A program made the translations under genes and the position numbers. The notes below the pieces were generated by a model that searched no databases, had not been told where the DNA came from, and worked only from the letters and a program-made list of their open reading frames with translations. A stretch of DNA of 64,000 nucleotides from positions 3,392,490-3,456,489 of the forward strand of contig OZ316893.1 in assembly GCA_973895155.1 (NCBI GenBank), in the 5' to 3' direction. The DNA is from Marsupella aquatica (Eukaryota > Plantae > Marchantiophyta). Positions 23,929 through 32,315 of the stretch are shown here, one piece after another (within the stretch, counting starts at the first letter, position 1; the number at the start of each line of letters is the position of its first letter).

Positions 23929-24095
23929 TGAAGCCGACTAGTTATCATTTGTGTTCTCTTGGTAGATATGGATTGCAGGTAGGTGATCGATGGGGCTCAC
24001 TTGCACCCGGCCTCCTGATCTTCACACCTAAAAAGGTGTATATCAACCTTGTAGAACTCATGGCTAGCTAGAGTTAGGGGACCTTACTCCCAGCT

Positions 24096-24104
24096 AGGGG
24101 GGCG
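24096..24104 (+). promoter_or_regulatory. Short polypurine-tract-like motif immediately before repeat B1
   Basis: AGGGGGGCG directly before ATTGTG at the B1 start. Confidence 0.55.
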
Positions 24105-24105
24105 A

Positions 24106-24711
24106 TTGTGGGTTTTGGACATGTGTGGACATGAGTTCCACTTGTATTCCATTCTCTTGTATTTGTGATGTGGCAGTGTGACTATGTCTGGATGTATGTG
24201 ACAAGCGATGTATGTTGTGTAGCGATATGTATGCGCACGACAGCTGTCACACCATTCTGAGTAGTGTAGTAGTATATCATGCTATTAGAGTATGTACGTT
24301 TGGTATGAGTGCTATTGGAGCCGATAAGGTTCTGTCAGGTTTGTGTGAGAGGGTACTTCTCACTTGTGAGGCATTGAAAGGTCATCTTTCAATGTTGAGC
24401 CTTGGAGAGAGAGGAGCTTGAGTGTGGCTATGGTGGCTGTGAGCTCCGCTTGTGTAACGTGGATTCCTTGAGTAGTGCAAGGTGCGTTGGCTTGACATAC
24501 GTGTGTGATCGGATCGGTGCGGGATCGATGGGGTATTGTTGACCGAGATCGTTGTGCCGATTGTATGGAGATTATTGTGGGGTTTGGACATGTGTGGACA
24601 TGAGTTCCACTTGTATTCCATTCTCTTGTATTTGTGATGTGGCAGTGTGACTATGTCTGGATGTATGTGACAAGCGATGTATGTTGTGTAGCGATATGTA
24701 TGCGCACGACA
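24106..24711 (+). repeat. 3' repeat block B1-GC-A2-B2
   Basis: B1 (24106-24242) and B2 (24575-24711) are 137 bp with one mismatch; A2 is 24245-24574. Confidence 0.95.
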
Positions 24712-27154
24712 ACTCCTAAAATTAAACAAGAAACTCTTGGAATGGGATTCCAAGCTCTGATGAGGACAGCCAAAATAGATGGCAAATATGAGGCAAATAT
24801 GAATTGCAGATGGCTTCATGGAATTGCACTACTCACACTGATTTGTTAGCACATTTTGCAGATTAACATGCATTGAATGTAGTATCAAAATATCAATTTA
24901 AGTGACAGTGAATGTACACACCTGATAGAAGAGTCTCAAATTTTTACAGAATCAGACTTTCAATCGAGCAGTGTCGCATGGAAAGTGAAGATGGACTCCA
25001 AGTCTCCCATGAGTGTTGATTGCATGGTAGCAGATGTGGAGCCTATCCCAAGTATCCAATAATCATCTTCTCTCTTGCATTGTTATTCTACAAATGTGCC
25101 GGACAATTTTCAAGTTGGAATTTGAACTCTGACTTAGTTTAGGTATGGCAGCACAGTAGAACTCTGGATTATTGGCCGGGTTTGTGATGAAGCCAAGCAG
25201 GTAGCAATGGCTTGTAGAGCAGATGCAGAGCTACGCTATTGAGAAAGTTGGCAACATGAGACTTTTGGTGCGCTTATAGATGGCTCTATTTTTGTTGCAT
25301 AGCTGAGGCCACGTCGGCCTGCCTAGCAGCTGAAAGAAAGCATTTCACCCTGATGATGGAAGAAGTGCTGAGCACCACCCTAAGCTATGGAGGGAGGTGC
25401 TGCAAAACTTTGCCAGCCTTTGTGGGTCCCATTAGTCAGGTCCCCACCCAGTCACAGGGCCTATAAGCCAAAATCTGATGGCACTCCTTAAATCCAGGGA
25501 GATCCAAAGTCATAGGTCTAGAGCGATTTGCTTGAATGATAAACCTCCAAAATGGAAAGAAAAGGATACTTGATGGGACCCCTGAGGTTTTGGTTACTTT
25601 GATTTGAGGTCTATCAAGGTCTTTCAACAGTCTAGATCACTATGTGGTCCCATCAAGTAACACTTTTCATTTTAATTGTGCATTAAAGCTTATACCTCCA
25701 TAAGCCAAGTACAATTTTGAGAAAGAATATTCTTAGCATCTCCTTGACACAAATTAGCATGTGCACCCCTGGAAAGTGAAAAATCTTAATCTAAGATTAC
25801 CTTGCTTCTCACCCATGATTCAAACTCACAAGGATGAAGGGAAATGTTGTATTAAAGGGGTTTCCTACATTTCTGATATCACCAAAGCCAAAGAAGGAAG
25901 GATGGAAGATCCTATCCAAACCCCACAAGATCTTATAACTTGTTGTAGGATGACGCTAAGTCCCACCAAGTCACAGGTGTAGTAGCCAAAATCTGAGTGC
26001 TTGCCTTTAATCTAGAAAGGACTACCGTTAAAAAGAAGTGGAGAAAATTTAGATAAGAAAGTTTCCCAGTATCTTGTCTACACAGTGTAACTTAAAAGTT
26101 TCCCTTGGTCTCACCCACCATTCTGGCATCTCACATCGGATGGAAGAGGAAACGTTGCTAAATTTGACATGGTTTCCTCTATTTCTCAGATCCCAAGAGC
26201 CAAGGAAGGAAGGACAAAAGGTCCCAACCCTACATAATTCACCAGCTTTTCTTAGTTTCATTAACCAGTTTCCCATCAAGTCACAAGGTGTATTAGCCAA
26301 ATCTGACTGTTATCCTAAATCAAAGGGTAGTAAGTCAGATTTAGAGGATTAAAAAAGAAGAAGATTCCTCTTAAATGGGCTGTCCACCTTTTACACCTTC
26401 ACTACTTGACACCCTTTTGGTTTCCAAAAACTTTGCAACAACAAAGTTGACCATTAATATCTCCCTTTTCATTTGGAGGATTTGGCCCTTCTTGGACCGA
26501 ATCACTCTGATATCTCTAGTTTTCAAGGATAATTGAGAGAGTTTTGATTTTCTTAAGCTCATTCCATTGCAATGACCACACTTTATACTTCCATACTAAC
26601 TTTGTCAATTAGTACATTCTTTGATACAATTTTTAATTATTTTGCCACTAAAGATGTTCAACTTGATAATACTATCATAATTTTCTTGTATTTACAAATA
26701 TGAGAACAAGTTCAACAAAGTAACCAAGGTGTGAATATACAAAAACCATGGTATATTTATAAATACAATAAAAAAATAATCATGGTCTCAATATACAAAA
26801 ACCATGGTATATTTGTAGATATAATAAAAATCATTACAGTATTATAAATTAAAACATCCATAGTGACAATCTAGTTACAATTCTTTGATATCTAATGAAA
26901 TCTTTGAAATCTTATTTCTTGGTTTTGCTACATATGGTCTATATCAGATCTTTCCAATGTTCCAAATATCATCAAATTTCATTGAAAATTGAGGGATTCA
27001 CAAATTTTCAATCATGATTATCTCATTGTAAATAACATAAAAACAATACTACTGCTATAAGTGACGTGGCTGTGTAATTGAAGCTGTGAAAAGGAAAGAC
27101 CCCAAGAAGGCCAAAGAGGGCCGAGGGGTGTACCCACATTTCCCATATACCCAA

Positions 27155-27397
27155 ACTCAAGGAAGGGAACTCAATAAGACAAAACAGGCATGTCCTAGGA
27201 TGAACATGCTATAACCCAAGGAAGGAAGAACGGAAGGAGCCATCCCGCCCTTCACAATGTGCAAGGGCCTACTCAAGGAAGGGAACTCAATAAGACAAAA
27301 CAGGCATGTCCTAAGATGAACATGCTATATAACCCAAACTCAAGGAAGGAAGAACGGAAGGAGCCATCCCGCGCCCTTCCCAATGCGCAAGGGCCTA
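27155..27397 (+). repeat. ~115-bp tandem duplication upstream of Toc copy 2
   Basis: ACTCAAGGAAGGGAACTCAATAAGACAAAACAGGCATGTCC...GCAAGGGCCTAC occurs twice. Confidence 0.85.
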
Positions 27398-28424
27398 CCC
27401 CCTTCTGTCCTCCTGTTGCGCCCCCTTTGATCCCTCATCCGTTTCCCAAATCCCCACTACTGAGAGAGTGCCACACCTGCCCCTCCCGTGCCCGTGCCAG
27501 TGCCAGTGCCAGTGGATGGGGCGGACTTCGAGAACGAACAATTTTAGCCGCGAGTTTTGACTCGGAGAACAACAACAGTGCCGTCGTTCGAAGAACACAA
27601 AGAGAATCGCAGGGTTTTTGGTTTTTGGAGGGGATTGTGATTCGTTTCTCAACAAAGCGCATCGTCCTGCTCCTCTTCCACATCGCCCATCCGGCTCCGC
27701 ATCAGTGAGAAGTTGATTAAGACGAGGCCCTGATACGAAGGAGGGAGCTCAGGTCTGTTCGCCATAGCTCCGTCGGTCTTTGCGAGCGCTCGGTTGGTTC
27801 TTCTATTCGTTTGCAACTAGAATTGTTCAATCTGAGTGAGAAGTCGTTCAAGTCGTTCGCTGCCAGGTCGAAAGCATTTTCGCAAGCTCCCGCAAAGAAA
27901 CCTAGCTCGATCGATCCACTCTCACTCTGTCTCGGTTTCGTTCGCTACTCACTACGTTAGGTTTAAGCATTTTGTCCAAACTGGGCACTGAATTTTTAGC
28001 TTTGCAAACACTCTGTCTCCGCACGGACGGGCTTTTCGAGCTTGCAACGATCTTAGATTTTGACTTACTAAAATTTCTGAATGATGGCTCTTGCAGTTCA
28101 CTTGAATGTCTGAGGCAATCGGGACTCTCGGTTGTCATGGTCTAACTAGCAACTGACAGAAATTAAGAATAATCTGGCCCGGATTCTCCCTGCGCACGGA
28201 CGGACGGACAATATTTTGTTAGGGAGAGCCCTCACTCCGCTTGGGAAATTTATTGGCTGCGTTGGCGTAGCAGCTAAGGAATGCGTGAAGGGAGGGAGGA
28301 TTTAGATTTGTGACCCTAGGCTCTCGACGACGGCAACTGCACGTTTTGAGGAGCCTGTCGAGGGGCGGGCAAGTACAGCAGTGACACAGACAGAGTGACG
28401 GCAGGGATTCAGATTTAGGAGGGA

Positions 28425-31400
28425 ATGGACCTAATCCGGAAAATGTCCGGATTAAGTTCTTCCCAGGATCTGAGTGCAGCTGTGGAGCAGACCAAGACGG
28501 AAGACAAATGGGAAGAATCGTCCGACAGGAACGGAGGAGAAGAAGAAGAAGTGGAGCAGGAGGAGGAGGAGAGTAATGACGTTCTTCTCCACGATGCCGA
28601 GCAGGACGACGGGGACATTTTCGAGGACGCGGCACCAGCACTCGGGCAGCAACAAAGGCAGCAGCAGGCTGACCTCGAGGAAGAGGACCGGGAAGATGAC
28701 GAGCAGAGAGTGACCAGCACAAACGATGAGCAAGAGGCGCCGGCTGCTGCTTTTCCAGTTCGTGTCGCACAGCCTGGTTCCGACGATGCTGATGGCGCCA
28801 GGGAAGTAGAGGAGGACGAAGATGGCATGGCCAGTCACGGAACTGGGGAGAGTTTCGATAGTGCGTTGGAGCGCATGGCTGCATCGTCAGAGGCTGGCTT
28901 CGACGGGGCCTCGAGCCCTAAAATGTCGTCCCCGGTAGGTTCCATGCAAGGCCCTGTTTTACTTGGAAACCCTCCCACTGCCTTGAGCCCGGCCCAGCAG
29001 GGTGCCCTCATCCGGCTCAATGAGATGCTTAGCGGGGATTCCTCTATGGACACCTCCGTGATCGATAATTCCACGAGAGAGGAGTTCAAGTCCCGTGTCA
29101 TCAAACTTGCTCATAGTCGTGGCCAGAGCGAAGAGGATCTTAGCTTTGTTAGTATTGTGGATGCACTTCTGCCCTTGGTTCCTGAAAAGTTGTCGGAAGA
29201 CCGTGAAGCTGCCGAACCTGGGGATTCTGCAGGTACCGGCGAAGATGTCAAGGGGCTTCAGTGTCGCATGCCTAAAACGAAGCTGTTTGCCGAAGAGGAG
29301 GAGGAGGAGGAGAAGGCTGTTGAGAATGGTGTTTTGGAGAATGGTAATGGTCATGCCAAGGAGCTAAAGGAGAATGGTGACGAGAACAAAGCTCCCCAAG
29401 AGCAGGATGAGCCTCAGATCAAACAGGAAGAAACTCCTCTTAGCTCGGACACCAAAGAAGCGGGCGATGTACCTGTGAATTTCGTGCTGGATGGTAACGG
29501 GGAACCGGAAGAAACCAATGGACAGGTGAATACTCAGGACGATTTGCCTTTGAAGAGCAGATCGATCCCTTCCGGTTTGGATGACAGTCAATTGCTTCCC
29601 CATTCAGAAAACGAGAGCACAAATGCAGAACCGAAAGAAAATGGGGACAATGTTGAACACTCGTCACCAACAGAGGTGCCTGAGGAAGCTACCGGAATTA
29701 ATGATTTTTTCGAAAGCGCAGACGAATTTCAGACTAGCGGAATCCCCCAAGTCGTCCCTCCAGCTCCTGAAGGCCGCGATGGTGTGGAAAACTTTCCCCA
29801 AGCGAACGGTGAAGCTGATGAAGAGAATTTGGCTGTCAGCCCCGATGATGAGGAGGGAGAGGATGAAGAAGATGATGAAGAAAACGAAGATGATGAAGAC
29901 AACGAAGACGACGAGGACAGTATTATGGAACCGTCGGAAGCTTTAGCAGCATTGATTCGTGGTGCGCAAACCACAAGTGGAGGCGAGGATGTAGCCCCGC
30001 CTTCGTTGGGCTCAGCAGGGCCTTCTTTGCCTGCACGACCCACACGTCATGTCAGGTCTTCTTTACCATCACTGGAGCCAGCTGCTCGTGTCTCACAGCA
30101 GCCTCGTAGTACTGAAGCTGCCACGATTCGGTCGTCCAGTTCTGCTGATGAAAGTCAGGCCGATGGTGAAGCCGCCGATGGCAATGAGGAGACACGAGAG
30201 AAGCTTCAAGCGATACGCGTCAAATTTCTTCGTCTTGCCTTAAGACTAGGGCAGTCTCCACACAATGTCGTTGTTGCACAGGTTCTCTACAGGCTTGGAT
30301 TGGCAGAGCAGCTGAGAGGTGGGAGAGGTAACAGCCGAAATACAGCTTTCAGTTTCGACCGAGCTAGTACTATTGCGGAGGAGCAGGAGAGAGCCGGGCC
30401 AGAGGAGCTCGACTTTGCTTGCACCATAATGATGCTGGGCAAGACAGGCGTTGGGAAGAGTGCCACCATAAACTCTATCTTTGATGAGGCAAAGACTATA
30501 ACTAATGCTTTCAGCCCTTCTACTAACAAGGTGCAGGTAATCACAGGGCATGTGCATGGCATCAAAGTAAGGGTGATAGACACACCAGGTCTTCTACCGT
30601 CTGTTGTTGATCAAAGACACAATGAGAGGATAATGACGTCGGTCAAAGGTGTCATCAAGAAGCAGTCTCCTGACATTGTGCTATATTTTGACCGCCTAGA
30701 TATGCAAAGCAGAGATTATGGGGATTTGCCGTTACTGCGTACCATCACAGACACATTTGGGGCTGCAGTGTGGTTCAATGCCATTGTCGTATTGACCCAT
30801 GCTTCTTCTGCTCCCCCTGATGGTCCGAATGGACTTCCTCTGAGCTATGAGATGTTTGTTGCTCAGCGGTCCCATGTGGTGCAACAAACGATACGACAGG
30901 CGGCAGGGGACATGCGGCTTATGAATCCGGTGTCACTTGTGGAGAATCATAGAGCATGTAGAGTTAACCGAACGGGGGACAGAGTGCTTCCCAATGGGCA
31001 GGTCTGGAAGCCTCAGCTTCTGCTGCTGTGTTTCGCTTCAAAGATTCTTGCTGAAGCCAATTCTCTTTTGAAGCTTCAAGATAATTCCCCGGGGAAGCCC
31101 TTTGGGCAACGATCCAGAGTGCCTCCTCTGCCATTCCTTCTCTCCTCTCTTCTTCAGTCTCGTACTCCGCTGAAGCTGCCAGATGAGCAACTTGAAGATG
31201 AGCATGAATCGGATGAGGAGCTTGAGGAAGACGACTCGTCTGATGAAGAAGAGGATTATGACCAGCTGCCTCCTTTTAGGCGACTCGCGAAGGAGGAAAT
31301 AGCCGAGCTTGACGAAGAGAACCGTGTAAATTATTTTGAAGAGCTTGCTGAGAGGGAGAGGTTGTTTCAAAAGAAGCAGTGGAAGGACGAGTTGAAGAGG

Positions 31401-32315
31401 AGGAGGGAATTGAAGAAGAGGATGGCAGAGGCACCCACAGATCTGTCTCAATTTGGGCCAGATGATGGGCTTGAAGAGGAGGCAAGGTCTGCAGCAGTGC
31501 CGGTACCAATGCCAGACATGGTACTTCCTCCGTCCTTTGATTCGGACAACCCAAGTCATAGGTATAGGTACCTTGAGACTGCAAACCAATGGCTGGTCCG
31601 ACCGGTGCTGGAGACACACGGGTGGGACCATGACAATGGGTATGACGGTATGAGTGTCGAAAAGATGTTTGTCATTGGAGACAAAATTCCCACCTCAGTT
31701 TCAGGGCAGATCACCAAGGACAAGAAGGATGCGAATCTGAATATGGAAGCTGCTGCATCACTGAAGCACGGGGAAGGCAAGGTCACCTTGGCAGGCTTGG
31801 ATGTGCAGACAGTCGGGAAAGATCTTGGGTACACATTGCGAAGTGAGACTAGGTTCAGCAACTTCAAGGGGAACAAGACAACAGGAGGCCTGGCCGTGAC
31901 CGTCCTCGGGGACACAGTTTCAGCAGGCATGAAGATTGAGGATCGGCTGCTCGTTGGCAAACGAGTGAAGCTGGTTGTGAATGGAGGTGCCATTACTGGA
32001 GGTGGTGATGTAGCATATGGTGGGAGTCTTGAAGCAACTTTGAGGGGCAAGGAGTACCCTTTGAGCCGTACTTTATCTACCCTGGGAGTGTCTATCATGG
32101 ATTGGCATGGGGATTTGGCAGTTGGGGGCAACCTGCAATCTCAATTCATTTTGGGCAAAACAATGATGGTGGGAAGGGCTAACCTGAATAACAGAGGGGC
32201 TGGTCAAATCAGCATTAGGGCTAGTAGTTCTGAGCAGCTACAAATGACACTTATTGGCATTCTCCCCATTGTTCGTGCTATTGCGAACCGGCTGTTTGGG
32301 CAATCACAGGAGTAG
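28425..32315 (+). CDS. TOC132: Toc159/132/120-family receptor GTPase (copy 2, 1296 aa, intronless)
   Basis: Same A/G/M architecture as copy 1; G- and M-domains nearly identical at the protein level. Confidence 0.93.
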   Translation: MDLIRKMSGLSSSQDLSAAVEQTKTEDKWEESSDRNGGEEEEVEQEEEESNDVLLHDAEQDDGDIFEDAAPALGQQQRQQQADLEEEDREDDEQRVTSTNDEQEAPAAAFPVRVAQPGSDDADGAREVEEDEDGMASHGTGESFDSALERMAASSEAGFDGASSPKMSSPVGSMQGPVLLGNPPTALSPAQQGALIRLNEMLSGDSSMDTSVIDNSTREEFKSRVIKLAHSRGQSEEDLSFVSIVDALLPLVPEKLSEDREAAEPGDSAGTGEDVKGLQCRMPKTKLFAEEEEEEEKAVENGVLENGNGHAKELKENGDENKAPQEQDEPQIKQEETPLSSDTKEAGDVPVNFVLDGNGEPEETNGQVNTQDDLPLKSRSIPSGLDDSQLLPHSENESTNAEPKENGDNVEHSSPTEVPEEATGINDFFESADEFQTSGIPQVVPPAPEGRDGVENFPQANGEADEENLAVSPDDEEGEDEEDDEENEDDEDNEDDEDSIMEPSEALAALIRGAQTTSGGEDVAPPSLGSAGPSLPARPTRHVRSSLPSLEPAARVSQQPRSTEAATIRSSSSADESQADGEAADGNEETREKLQAIRVKFLRLALRLGQSPHNVVVAQVLYRLGLAEQLRGGRGNSRNTAFSFDRASTIAEEQERAGPEELDFACTIMMLGKTGVGKSATINSIFDEAKTITNAFSPSTNKVQVITGHVHGIKVRVIDTPGLLPSVVDQRHNERIMTSVKGVIKKQSPDIVLYFDRLDMQSRDYGDLPLLRTITDTFGAAVWFNAIVVLTHASSAPPDGPNGLPLSYEMFVAQRSHVVQQTIRQAAGDMRLMNPVSLVENHRACRVNRTGDRVLPNGQVWKPQLLLLCFASKILAEANSLLKLQDNSPGKPFGQRSRVPPLPFLLSSLLQSRTPLKLPDEQLEDEHESDEELEEDDSSDEEEDYDQLPPFRRLAKEEIAELDEENRVNYFEELAERERLFQKKQWKDELKRRRELKKRMAEAPTDLSQFGPDDGLEEEARSAAVPVPMPDMVLPPSFDSDNPSHRYRYLETANQWLVRPVLETHGWDHDNGYDGMSVEKMFVIGDKIPTSVSGQITKDKKDANLNMEAAASLKHGEGKVTLAGLDVQTVGKDLGYTLRSETRFSNFKGNKTTGGLAVTVLGDTVSAGMKIEDRLLVGKRVKLVVNGGAITGGGDVAYGGSLEATLRGKEYPLSRTLSTLGVSIMDWHGDLAVGGNLQSQFILGKTMMVGRANLNNRGAGQISIRASSSEQLQMTLIGILPIVRAIANRLFGQSQE

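Larger units (their letters stand above)
18550..23931 (+). pseudogene. pol: pol: aspartic protease - C5 DNA methyltransferase - RT - RNase H - integrase - PHD (single frame, 4 TAG stops)
   Basis: PR LLDTGA; RT RMCGDYR, LDLRAGYHQ, PFGLKNAP, YIDD; RH TDWS, SYEGE, TDH, DADGLSR; IN HHCC plus D-D-E; PHD C4HC3. ORFs 18493, 20668, 21688, 22054 and 22582 share one frame. Confidence 0.92.
14939..24711 (+). mobile_element. Ty3/Gypsy-type retrotransposon carrying a DNMT3-like methyltransferase and a PHD finger, with split direct terminal repeats
   Basis: Domain order gag-PR-DNMT-RT-RH-IN-PHD; termini TGTC...GACA; 4-bp TSD ACTC (14935-38, 24712-15); repeats A1 14939-15268, B1 24106-24242, A2 24245-24574, B2 24575-24711. 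Confidence 0.93.

Noticed and set aside
14939-24711. Classifying the split-repeat element as a DIRS/Ngaro retrotransposon using the nearby tyrosine recombinase
   Set aside because: The YR lies outside the TSD-bounded unit and is more decayed. The element has its own protease and DDE integrase, TG...CA ends and a TSD.
25450-26560. Degenerate repeated units (AGCCAAAATCTGA and CCAA.GAAGGAAGGA recurring)
   Set aside because: Too decayed to assign; probably an old TE fragment.
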